A DNA stretch of 64,000 nt from an uncultured virus (IMG/VR IMGVR_UViG_3300027832_000011) (IMGVR_UViG_3300027832_000011:1-64000); one strand, 5' to 3'; positions 8,503-17,391 are shown, numbered from the stretch's first letter. A program made the numbers and translations. Notes: a model not told the origin generated them from the letters alone.

Positions 8503-8832
8503 TTATAACTCAGTTGTCGTACTACCAAAATCTTCGAGTTTTTTTAATTGCTCATAATGTAAAGCCTTTAATAAGTAATCAAACCCACTAAATTGATAAA
8601 GAGAGTCTTTAAGTCTATTGAAATAACTGTCAAATTTAATAATTTCATCAAAAGTCAAGTCTGGTAATTCTTTAGATAAATAACCTTTAAAAAATTCAAA
8701 TCTTTTTTTAAATTCTTCATTAGTTCCTATGTCGGCAAAGTTTAATCTATTACCCGAGCTGTCTGATGACATTTTATCTATCAAATCGTCAAGTGAAGCG
8801 CATTTTAATAATAAGTTTTCTTCTATTTTCAT
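8503..8832 (-). CDS. hypothetical protein
   Basis: 109 aa; stop at GTTA core 8502. Confidence 0.7.
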   Translation of the reverse strand: MKIEENLLLKCASLDDLIDKMSSDSSGNRLNFADIGTNEEFKKRFEFFKGYLSKELPDLTFDEIIKFDSYFNRLKDSLYQFSGFDYLLKALHYEQLKKLEDFGSTTTEL

Positions 8833-8930
8833 AATTTTTGTGATTTAAAAAGCCTAAGTGATAACAATGGATAATACTAATTAAGTTCTCGTTACGTCTT
8901 CTTATTATAACTACAAAACGTTAGTAGTGA

Positions 8931-9128
8931 TTACCTATTAATGGTAAGTTGAAGACGTTTTATTCTACCTAACCAAACATCTCTATAGCAAACATTACTA
9001 CCAACAGCATATATAAATTCAATTCCTTTTTGATTTAATAACATTTCTTTTCTTTGCTCGTATTTTAGTGCTTTTTTACAGCAATAGTTTATAAGCTGTC
9101 TAACTAAATATTGTTTTATTTTACTCAT
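8931..9128 (-). CDS. hypothetical protein
   Basis: 65 aa ORF in array. Confidence 0.55.
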   Translation of the reverse strand: MSKIKQYLVRQLINYCCKKALKYEQRKEMLLNQKGIEFIYAVGSNVCYRDVWLGRIKRLQLTINR

Positions 9129-9281
9129 ATTTTGTGTGTCATAACTAACGCTAAAAGTATAATACTAATTACAGCATCGGTCTTTAATTTATAGTTTGTT
9201 TTGTGTTTACCCCGTTTAACCCAAAAATTTGTCTGTACTTATCGGTAACAGCGCAAGATATATGAAACGTTATGTGAGATG

Positions 9282-9533
9282 CTAGTAGGAATCTAAAAAC
9301 ACCTCAAAATCATCTCTTTTTAACGAACCATAATTTTGTTTTTTATGCCATTCAAAAAAATCATTAAACATTTTTTTTCTTAAATCATAATCTTCTTTTG
9401 GTGGAACTATTGAATTATCTTCATTAAAAAGAAATTCAATAATATGTGTTGCAATTTCTCTTTCTGTTTTTTCATTTTTTTCTGAAATAATAATTCCAGT
9501 TAATACGTTTGTCAGCTCTTTTATCGTCCTCAT
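9282..9533 (-). CDS. hypothetical protein
   Basis: 83 aa ORF in array. Confidence 0.65.
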   Translation of the reverse strand: MRTIKELTNVLTGIIISEKNEKTEREIATHIIEFLFNEDNSIVPPKEDYDLRKKMFNDFFEWHKKQNYGSLKRDDFEVFLDSY

Positions 9534-9585
9534 TTTGTTTTAATTTGTTAATTACTAAAAAGCACAATATTTGTTTATTTCTATG

Positions 9586-9670
9586 GCGTAAAGATACAAC
9601 TAATAGTTATATAAAAAATACTTTTTCATGATTATTTTTAAAATATTTACAAATTAAAAATAAACAGCGG
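9586..9670 (-). promoter_or_regulatory. diverged copy of repeated promoter-like block
   Basis: gtaaagatacaactaata...attatttttaaaatatttac...taaacagcgg shared with the other two copies. Confidence 0.6.
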
Positions 9671-9719
9671 TTAACATCACATAAGTGCAACCAAAAGGTA
9701 TGCACCTATGTGTCAACCG

Positions 9720-9965
9720 TTATAAAGAATTATACATCTCGATTAACAACTTATCTACAACTAAAATAGCTTTCTTTTTATCTGAAAAACACTTACCACC
9801 TAAAAACAAATCTAATTCTTCGCATGTCGCAAATTCACTTATGTAATCATATTCATCATCATTAATCCACCAAGCTGCCTTAATTGCATCATCAAATGCG
9901 TCAGTAACCCCGCCAAACCCCTTGATGATTATGTCAGTTCTATTCTTTCTACCTTGTCTACTCAT
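9720..9965 (-). CDS. hypothetical protein
   Basis: 81 aa; unit bounded by GTTATAAAGA/TCTTTATAAC. Confidence 0.7.
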   Translation of the reverse strand: MSRQGRKNRTDIIIKGFGGVTDAFDDAIKAAWWINDDEYDYISEFATCEELDLFLGGKCFSDKKKAILVVDKLLIEMYNSL

Positions 9966-10005
9966 AATAACTCTTTATAACAGCAATTACTGCATTTTGA
10001 TTAAT

Positions 10006-10281
10006 TTAAAGTTGGGGAATCACCCTTTCAATTCCGTTATCTACAATATCTAAATCGGAATAACAAAGATAATGCCTTGTTATCGTTTTTTGATGTATAA
10101 TTCGAATGTCTAAATGTTCATATCCGTCTTTACCTAAAATATATTTCATCCCTGCTTTTACATCAACTTTTGAAGAAGCTAGAAACCCATTGTCATAATA
10201 TTTAACAAATTTTAGTTTATGAGTTTTACAATATTCTTTTATTTTTACCTTCAAAATTTTTGTTGTTGTTAAATCCATCAT
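10006..10281 (-). CDS. hypothetical protein
   Basis: 91 aa directly downstream of the promoter block. Confidence 0.65.
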   Translation of the reverse strand: MMDLTTTKILKVKIKEYCKTHKLKFVKYYDNGFLASSKVDVKAGMKYILGKDGYEHLDIRIIHQKTITRHYLCYSDLDIVDNGIERVIPQL

Positions 10282-10400
10282 AAGCCCTATATTTTAGTGT
10301 TTCGCTTTATTGCTGGTGTAAAAATACAACTAATATTTATATAAATAATACTTTTTTGTAATTATTTTTAAAATATTTACTAATTTAACATAAACAGCGG
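10282..10400 (-). promoter_or_regulatory. copy of repeated promoter-like block
   Basis: near-identical to 8173-8290. Confidence 0.65.
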
Positions 10401-10442
10401 TTTTATTCAATTGAGAGTTTACTTGTAAAACGTTAGGCACAA

Positions 10443-10658
10443 TTAAGTCACACCTAACCAATTTCCGTTTTCATCGCACAATACCATATCATTACTAAAG
10501 TACGCAGATACTTTATCTTCTTCCCCGTAAGGTTTGAAGTAAAGTTGTCCATCGTATTTTTTATAAACTTGGTGAACACCATCTTTTTGTACATCAACAA
10601 AACTCCCTTCTTTAACTTCATTATCAAATTTATCGGTACATTTTATATATTTTTCCAT
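10443..10658 (-). CDS. hypothetical protein
   Basis: 71 aa; unit bounded by GTTAGGCACA/TGTGCCTAAC. Confidence 0.7.
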   Translation of the reverse strand: MEKYIKCTDKFDNEVKEGSFVDVQKDGVHQVYKKYDGQLYFKPYGEEDKVSAYFSNDMVLCDENGNWLGVT

Positions 10659-10816
10659 AAATAACTGTGCCTAACAATATGTATAAGCAATAGCTGTTAG
10701 GTATTTTTAACTATTGCGGTTGTTTAATTATTTATTTTGGTTCTATTTACTAACTTATGCGAGATGCCACACGAACCGCATAGCGTGAGCATTGGAGTTT
10801 TTAAATGTGTTATCGG

Positions 10817-11188
10817 TTATTTTAGAGTAACGTTTTCCAAAATGTTAAGTTCTTTAAACTTTAAATAAACAATCATTTTTTCTTCATCAGTAAAATTCTT
10901 AAAGTTGAACCATTGTCCAATAAATTGTCTTTCATTTTCTTTTCTTACTTTAATTAAAACTTCCTCTGTTTGTAGAAACCATTTTCTATATCTGTCTCCA
11001 TATTCACAAAAACTTGTTTTTGTGTTATGCCATTCCGTAGTAGGTTCATTTATTATTTTTCTACCGTTAGACAAAACCGCTTGTGTTTTTGTCAGTCTTA
11101 CAACTTCACCAAGTATGTAATTAATTCTTCCTGTCCATCTTGAAGTTTCTGCGATATATATTTTATCGCCTATTTTTAATTTTTCCAT
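10817..11188 (-). CDS. hypothetical phage protein
   Basis: 123 aa, LKIGDKI...VVRLTKTQAVL SH3-like start. Confidence 0.7.
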   Translation of the reverse strand: MEKLKIGDKIYIAETSRWTGRINYILGEVVRLTKTQAVLSNGRKIINEPTTEWHNTKTSFCEYGDRYRKWFLQTEEVLIKVRKENERQFIGQWFNFKNFTDEEKMIVYLKFKELNILENVTLK

Positions 11189-11262
11189 TTTATTTTTGAT
11201 TTAGTTTGTTGTTAAAATAACCAACTTCTTATGGCTGTAAAATGTTATAAGAAATAGCTATG

Positions 11263-11463
11263 TTAATAGTCCCCAGATAAATATTCAATTACTTGAGGTT
11301 TATTAATCACCATTTCATTAACGACCATTTCTGAAGTATGGGTAATCGTTTTTATCGCCATTTCTTCAGCTTGTTCTTGATTAAATGCTGCTAATACTAA
11401 ACAATTCCCCACTGGGTACACCCCATTAAATTCTACTCTATATATTTTCAACCGTTCAATCAT
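11263..11463 (-). CDS. hypothetical protein
   Basis: 66 aa ORF in array. Confidence 0.65.
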   Translation of the reverse strand: MIERLKIYRVEFNGVYPVGNCLVLAAFNQEQAEEMAIKTITHTSEMVVNEMVINKPQVIEYLSGDY

Positions 11464-11520
11464 AATTTTAAATATTAATTTGTATTTGTGATTGTGAGGG
11501 TAGTTTTTAATTTGGTAAAA

Positions 11521-12141
11521 CTACTCATGCCTTCCAATCGTTAATTTATTTTTTAAAATATCTTTTATTTCTAGCAACGAAAATATACTATACTCCCCAA
11601 ACATATTGTAATAACTGTCAACCCCCACGTCCATAGTCTTGTATTTGTGAACTTCTTTCATTATGGTATTTTCATCCCCATGTAAGTGTCCGTGTAAATG
11701 AAAAGACCCCTCGTCTTGATTGTTCCAATTGAATTGTGGGTAATGTGAACAACTAATAAATTGTTTATCTACAAATAATTCTAAATAATCCCCAGTATGT
11801 AACAACTTTTCTATTTGACAATCAGTAACAACTTTTAGTAGCTTCCCTCTGTTACAGTGATTCCCAAACAACATAATCACATTTTCACACTTAATCCCAA
11901 GTAAGAATTCCACATAATTCTTTTCTCCCATCATAGTATCCCCAAGTAAAACTAATAAGTCGTTTTTCTCAACTTTCCGATTAATCTCCGCAATTAAATC
12001 ACTATTCATTTCTTCTACACTACCAAAATCTCTCCCGAATTTGATGACCGCTTCGTGATTTAAATGTAGGTCAGAACTGAAAAATACGTTATCAACTTCA
12101 ATGGTTTTCTTGGGATATGTTGAATTTATTTTAATTTTCAT
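11521..12141 (-). CDS. calcineurin-like metallophosphoesterase
   Basis: SDLHLNH, LGD, GNH, SHYP, HGHLH, DVGVD. Confidence 0.9.
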   Translation of the reverse strand: MKIKINSTYPKKTIEVDNVFFSSDLHLNHEAVIKFGRDFGSVEEMNSDLIAEINRKVEKNDLLVLLGDTMMGEKNYVEFLLGIKCENVIMLFGNHCNRGKLLKVVTDCQIEKLLHTGDYLELFVDKQFISCSHYPQFNWNNQDEGSFHLHGHLHGDENTIMKEVHKYKTMDVGVDSYYNMFGEYSIFSLLEIKDILKNKLTIGRHE

Positions 12142-12189
12142 AAGTTTTAATTTTATTGTTAATTTTTACCTAAACAGGTTAATTTAATA

Positions 12190-12197
12190 CAAAGATA
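12190..12197 (-). promoter_or_regulatory. Bacteroidota-type -7 promoter box (TATCTTTG)
   Basis: matches TAnnTTTG upstream of 12141; same box at 14143, 15972, 17045, 17318, 18199, 20011, 21357, 22397, 25252, 34554, 40794, 42344. Confidence 0.7.
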
Positions 12198-12266
12198 GTA
12201 ATTATTTTTAATTATACAACTATAATGATTATAAATAAGGTTATCACAAGACAAAACCTCAGGACG

Positions 12267-12584
12267 TTATGCGCAACTTATGTCAGTAATTGTAATTATA
12301 TCTTGTTTGTGATATTGGTCGGTTATTATATTTGGTTCGCTATGAAAATCAGTTACTCTAATGTGAACTTCATTTTTAGTGAAAAGTATGGGGTACCTAA
12401 TACTTCCAGCGTTTTTAGAAAAAGACCCTTTAATTATTTTTACGTTTTTATGTAAGTACAACCCTTTGTATTTATCATTTTTAGCAACTAAGCAAGTTTT
12501 TCCGTTATATATAACTCGCATATCATCAAGCGTGCAGTTTTCCCTTTTGTACGGCTTAATTATTAATGTAAATGAATGTTTCAC
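12267..12584 (-). CDS. hypothetical protein
   Basis: 105 aa; stop at GTTA core 12266. Confidence 0.6.
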   Translation of the reverse strand: MKHSFTLIIKPYKRENCTLDDMRVIYNGKTCLVAKNDKYKGLYLHKNVKIIKGSFSKNAGSIRYPILFTKNEVHIRVTDFHSEPNIITDQYHKQDIITITDISCA

Positions 12585-12585
12585 A

Positions 12586-13050
12586 TTATAATTGGTAAAA
12601 TTGCTTAATTAATCCTTCGTGTTTTTCCATAAATTCAGCTGCAATCTCGAGAGTGTTAAATGTTAAAAAGTTAAATGTGTTGGAATAAACTTGAATACTT
12701 AATTGATTTTCATAAATTTCTAGGCAATACTTACTATTTGATTTACCCCAGTCAACATCACAATCTCCACAATCATACATTAATTGTGTTAATTGCGCAT
12801 AAGCTAATGTGGATTTTGCTTGTTTTTGTGTTTTAAAAACGTTTTTGTTTACTACACTTGTGATTATCGAAAATGAAGTTTTTGAAATACAAGAGACTTC
12901 TTCAATATAGTAACCATCTATTTCATCTAATTGCTCCCAACTATCCGCAACCTTTGAGGGTTTTAATTCAGGATAATCTATGTAAATTTCAGTAGCCATT
13001 TCAGGCATTTTGTTAAGCATTATTAAAGCTTGTTCTTTTGTTATTTTCAT
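12586..13050 (-). CDS. hypothetical phage protein
   Basis: 154 aa, A.AQL.QLM...DW...FL.F...A..F pattern. Confidence 0.7.
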   Translation of the reverse strand: MKITKEQALIMLNKMPEMATEIYIDYPELKPSKVADSWEQLDEIDGYYIEEVSCISKTSFSIITSVVNKNVFKTQKQAKSTLAYAQLTQLMYDCGDCDVDWGKSNSKYCLEIYENQLSIQVYSNTFNFLTFNTLEIAAEFMEKHEGLIKQFYQL

Positions 13051-13143
13051 TTTATATTAATTTAGTTATTATTCCGACAGCTAAGGTAGTTGGGTACTTG
13101 ATGTTACCAGCAAGGGATAAACCGTTAATAGAGATAGCTACGT

Positions 13144-13350
13144 TTAGTAATTTTCAAGCTCTTCTTTTACCTCTACCCACCACTCTTTACCCAAGAAAGA
13201 ACCAAATGGTTTGATTGCATTTATAATTTCATCAACTAAAATTAACGCACATATAACAGCATCTTCCGTATATATTGTAGTGCTATTATTTTTGAATAAA
13301 TCACCTTGTATTTTATTTACTATTTGTTTTGCTTTTTCTTTTGGTTCCAT
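13144..13350 (-). CDS. hypothetical phage protein
   Basis: PKEKAK...CALILVDEII...W.EVK.E pattern. Confidence 0.7.
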   Translation of the reverse strand: MEPKEKAKQIVNKIQGDLFKNNSTTIYTEDAVICALILVDEIINAIKPFGSFLGKEWWVEVKEELENY

Positions 13351-13578
13351 AGTTACTTTTGAAAGATTGTGTTCTTAAATTTCATCAAAATTTGTTACGA
13401 TTTTAATTTTACATTATTTAAGTCGTAACTGTTTTAACATATTCAACATATTCAACCTCTTTTTCAATAATTCTTTCATAATCTTATATTTAGTAAACCG
13501 TTTTACGGGTTTTTGTGGTTAATTGGTATTTATGTTACTCGAAGGTATTTTATTTACTAAATTATATAGTTAAACCAA

Positions 13579-13923
13579 CTATTTGTTATGGTCAATCGTT
13601 ACGTGATGCTGTGCGACCCAAAAAACAACAGCTTCGTAGACCGCGTCAAGTTTGGTTTCACCAACAAATTCCATATCACCTAATTGGACGCAATTACCGA
13701 AAATATCAAGTTCGTTATCATCCCCACCAAAACTTTCTATTTTAATAACAACAGGCATCAACTCATCCCAAGTATTGTAAAATGGTAATCCATCATAATC
13801 TTTAAATTCTAAATTATTGTAATAATAATATTCACCACCTGTATTCACGCTTATACCTTTAATGGGGGTAATCCCCATAAACCTTGCTATTTTTAACGTA
13901 TTTTCTGTGTATTCGTATTTCAT
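13579..13923 (-). CDS. hypothetical phage protein
   Basis: IARFMG...WDELMPVV.KIE pattern. Confidence 0.7.
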   Translation of the reverse strand: MKYEYTENTLKIARFMGITPIKGISVNTGGEYYYYNNLEFKDYDGLPFYNTWDELMPVVIKIESFGGDDNELDIFGNCVQLGDMEFVGETKLDAVYEAVVFWVAQHHVTIDHNK

Positions 13924-14413
13924 TTCTTATATTTTAAAATTACCTTTAAAACCCCTATTTTTAAAATTTAATTTTTCTTTAGGTTTTTTATTTTTAAAAA
14001 TAATTTTATTTAAGTTAAAGAAATAAAATAATTCCCTAAATAAATAAATAAACATACATATTATTATAATTTTAACCACCATTGTTTTACATATTTTAGG
14101 GTTACAGTTCCATCAAATAAAGGTTTTAACTTTACCATGATACAAATGTACTTATTTTTTTTTAAATAACCAAATTTATTTTTTAAATGTATTAGTAAAT
14201 AAAGCTGAATTTATAACCATCAAAAATAATGTGGTGCTGGATATGATAAAACATTTTACTAAAATTACTATACATAACGAAATTAATGTGTCTAATTCAC
14301 TCTCACCATTTTTAATTGAAAACTCAGATATTGGTAATGTGAATGCCCAAATTAATATCCCAATGAAAAAAAATGTTTTAATAATGTTATGGTTAAAAGT
14401 TGCGATTTTATAT

Positions 14414-15631
14414 TTAAATTCCATCATAACTATCCTTGTTCTCTTTTTCTTTAAACTTATAATAATATTGTGAAGCTCTTCGATATAAATATTTTCTATC
14501 CTTATCACTTATTTTATCCCAACCTACGAAATAACTCTTAAAGTTAGCCAAGTAGTTTTTTAAAGTTATGAAATTATTAGGTTCAGAACTATCATCTAAC
14601 GGTATTTCATCTATTGTTTGTGTAAACCTAGCGTTTATTTCGTGTTTCAACTTCAGGTAATTTGTAAATGCTGATGTTTTCCCATCATCTTTTAAATTTT
14701 CAACATTTGAGTAGTATTTTTTTGAGGATTTGTCTGATACGTATTTACCATCACTAATGAAATTATCATAAGCATGTTGTAATTCATGTTTTAGAACAGT
14801 TAATAAATTAGAGGATGTTAATAAGCTATAAATTTTACTTTCAACAATACCCCTATCATCATATTTGGTTACCATTTTTTTATACATATTAAATATTGTA
14901 TCGTGTGGTATGTTTAGTATAATACCACCAGATTTACCATCAAAACTATTGAATTGCCCGAGAGATGGTATTGATATAAACCTAAAGGCCAAATTAAATC
15001 CACCAACAAAATCATTCATAACCCCATAATCACCTTTTAACCCTTTAAATGGGTTTGATATAACCGAATTTGGTGATTTACCTCCATTATTTAAAATTTC
15101 ATTTATGAAATAATTAATGTGGGCCTTAACCACGTCAATCGCTAAATTACCAATATTATTTTGCGATTCAAAATCCTCATCTATTAATTTAACCCCATCA
15201 CTAAAAGTGTTTAAATCAAATATTATCTTATCAACCCTCAATTTTTCGATTAGATTACCCTCATCTCTACTCTGAATATCTTTTCTTAACATAAACGTTG
15301 TTACTCTATCGTTTCTAACAATAACCCAGAATTCATTACCTGTAGAATCCTTAAGTAATTCATTATTTATGCGATAGTATTCCCTATCACCTATCTTTAG
15401 GTAATATTTAGATTGTGGGTTAATTTTGAACCCACCTAACTTTATACCATAAGATTTGGTGGGTTCAAATTTGATAGTGTCTAATAAGTTTAGATTTTTG
15501 ATAATATTAAATTTATCGGTGTCATCCAAATCTGTAGGTGCTAAAACTGAAAACCTACTTTTTATCCTTCCAACCTCATGGCTAGTTTTATAAGCTTCCT
15601 TTAAAATCGTGTTTTTCTTCTTTAATCTCAT
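14414..15631 (-). CDS. putative zincin-like (HExxH) protein
   Basis: HELQHAYD plus downstream HEINARF. Confidence 0.6.
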   Translation of the reverse strand: MRLKKKNTILKEAYKTSHEVGRIKSRFSVLAPTDLDDTDKFNIIKNLNLLDTIKFEPTKSYGIKLGGFKINPQSKYYLKIGDREYYRINNELLKDSTGNEFWVIVRNDRVTTFMLRKDIQSRDEGNLIEKLRVDKIIFDLNTFSDGVKLIDEDFESQNNIGNLAIDVVKAHINYFINEILNNGGKSPNSVISNPFKGLKGDYGVMNDFVGGFNLAFRFISIPSLGQFNSFDGKSGGIILNIPHDTIFNMYKKMVTKYDDRGIVESKIYSLLTSSNLLTVLKHELQHAYDNFISDGKYVSDKSSKKYYSNVENLKDDGKTSAFTNYLKLKHEINARFTQTIDEIPLDDSSEPNNFITLKNYLANFKSYFVGWDKISDKDRKYLYRRASQYYYKFKEKENKDSYDGI

Positions 15632-15668
15632 TTTAAAATCGTGTTTTTCTTCTTTAATCTCATTTTAA
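15600..15668. repeat. 32-nt tandem duplication over the start codon of 14414-15631
   Basis: tttaaaatcgtgtttttcttctttaatctcat twice (15600, 15632) plus partial third. Confidence 0.9.
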
Positions 15669-15704
15669 TAAATATAAAACTGTAATCTAGATAATTTATT
15701 TTTT

Positions 15705-15887
15705 TTATCTTTCCCCATCTTTTTCTAACTCAACAAAAACCACTATAAAGCCACCTTCTTTTTTAAATACTAACTCCCCATTGTAATTAGAAGCATCAGA
15801 TATTTTTCTGTACTTATCGACAATGAAATCGAAATCATTTATAAAATTAATATGTTTTTCCCTACCTAAAATTCTAACGTGTTTCAT
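15705..15887 (-). CDS. hypothetical protein
   Basis: 60 aa ORF. Confidence 0.6.
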   Translation of the reverse strand: MKHVRILGREKHINFINDFDFIVDKYRKISDASNYNGELVFKKEGGFIVVFVELEKDGER

Positions 15888-15908
15888 AATCTCTAATTGT
15901 TTAATTTT

Positions 15909-15966
15909 GTGAACTACTAACCCACTTAAAAAAGGTGGGTTAGTTTTACGCTCTGTTCTATAAATA
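15909..15966. repeat. intergenic hairpin, possible IS200/IS605-family end remnant
   Basis: 10-bp inverted repeat actaacccac/gtgggttagt flanked by gtgaact and tttacgctc...tataaa. Confidence 0.4.
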
Positions 15967-16065
15967 TATTACAAAGTTACTAAAAATATAGATTAATCGT
16001 AATATTTTTTAATTTATTTAAAACACACGATAAGCAAAAAAAAATGTGTTTTTCGCTATCTACTT

Positions 16066-16404
16066 TTACAACGCATATAACTTACTTTTATAAGTTAAAA
16101 CAGCGTCTAACTTAACCCCATCAAACTTGTTTTCTTTGAAAATCCAATAAGGTGATGATTTAGGGTTATATTTAATTTGTTGACTTTCGTTGATTTCAAA
16201 AGTGTTAACTATTATCGAATTTTGTATTTGTATTTCCTCAGCTTCAATCCAAGAACAAACATTTTTCTCATTATTAAATTTAACATTTAGTAATAATAAC
16301 TCATATTTGTTTGGGTCTAGAATCGTAACACTTTTATCTGGGTTAATTACTTTCCACTTCTCATAATCAACACCTTTACTTAAATTAAATCTTATCTTAT
16401 ACAT
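16066..16404 (-). CDS. hypothetical phage protein
   Basis: 112 aa, IRFNLS.G..Y.KWK...YNP...PYW. Confidence 0.7.
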   Translation of the reverse strand: MYKIRFNLSKGVDYEKWKVINPDKSVTILDPNKYELLLLNVKFNNEKNVCSWIEAEEIQIQNSIIVNTFEINESQQIKYNPKSSPYWIFKENKFDGVKLDAVLTYKSKLYAL

Positions 16405-16429
16405 CTATCCTATAAATTTAAATTACTAA

Positions 16430-17008
16430 TTACCCATCATATCTAACTAACGTAACATCCATGTCTTTCAACTCATCTTTAATTATTTGTAGTACTATGT
16501 TTTCATCACCCTTAGCCAAACCACAACCAATTAATGGGATACCAATACTTTTACCGTTAAATATTGAGTTTATCTTCCTAAGACATAGCGTAAGAGCTAT
16601 GTAGTCTAAAGGTATTTCACCAATTTTAAGGTTTTTGGTGCCATAATAATATTGTGTGTAAGAATTTACAACGAATAATATTTTTAATTTATCTTCATTA
16701 TCGTGTATAGATTGCCAAGCCCATTCTAAATTATCACCATATAAGTTGGACCCAGATTTTAAATGCTCTAATTCACTAGTGCTATCAGTTAAGTGTAACC
16801 CAAAATCTATCTGACCTAATTTGTTGTAAAACCCAGTATTTTCTTGTCTCTCCAAAGGATATTCATCACAATTAAAAGCTTTAGCTAATTTAGGTGCTAT
16901 ACCAGCACCCATATTACAAAAACAATTTACCCCATGAGTAATAACATCAAACTCACCATTTAAAGCCAATGTTATTAAATCACCCTTAACTTCTTTATAT
17001 TTACCCAT
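16430..17008 (-). CDS. macrodomain (ADP-ribose binding/hydrolase) protein
   Basis: GDLI, HGVNCFCNMGAGIA, NSYTQ, PLIGCGLAKG. Confidence 0.9.
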   Translation of the reverse strand: MGKYKEVKGDLITLALNGEFDVITHGVNCFCNMGAGIAPKLAKAFNCDEYPLERQENTGFYNKLGQIDFGLHLTDSTSELEHLKSGSNLYGDNLEWAWQSIHDNEDKLKILFVVNSYTQYYYGTKNLKIGEIPLDYIALTLCLRKINSIFNGKSIGIPLIGCGLAKGDENIVLQIIKDELKDMDVTLVRYDG

Positions 17009-17086
17009 AAAATTATTTGTTTTAATTTATTATCATTTAAGTTACAAATATATGTAAATTTTAACCAAAAAACAACTTTAAAATTA

Positions 17087-17302
17087 TCATTTTTCCAATT
17101 CAGGAAACTCTTCAACGATTATATAAATTTCTTTATTTGGGTTTAAACTGTAAATAACGTTCAATACCCTATAATATTTATCATTTGTTGTTAACAATAA
17201 TTCATTTTCTCTAGGTATAGATTTTAATTTAATGTTTTGATATAAAAAAACCCAATCAGAATTTATAATATTAACATTTACTTTACGATTTAAAATTCCC
17301 AT
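17087..17302 (-). CDS. hypothetical protein
   Basis: 71 aa with upstream TATATTTG box. Confidence 0.65.
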   Translation of the reverse strand: MGILNRKVNVNIINSDWVFLYQNIKLKSIPRENELLLTTNDKYYRVLNVIYSLNPNKEIYIIVEEFPELEK

Positions 17303-17391
17303 ATTTAATTTTAATTACAAATATACTAAATAATTAATAATTTAGGACTATTTATTATTATGTTAATAACGTATTTTAAAATTATAACTTT

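Larger units (their letters stand above)
1..13350. mobile_element. Integron-like gene-cassette array (attC-like hairpins alternating with short ORFs); no integrase in window
   Basis: Recurring YAAC-stem...stem-GTT hairpins between short minus-strand ORFs; 11 inter-hairpin units are flanked by unit-specific 9-10 bp inverted repeats starting GTT and ending AAC. Confidence 0.8.

Noticed and set aside
1..13350. CRISPR array or simple terminator series as explanation of the repeats
   Set aside because: Repeats are non-identical long hairpins, the spacers are whole genes, there are no U-tracts, and the unit-specific GTT/AAC pairing is not explained by either.
14176..14508. 110-aa ORF as annotated
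   Set aside because: Its 5' part overlaps the 405-aa gene in another frame; a shorter membrane ORF from about 14427 may be real, but the start cannot be supported.
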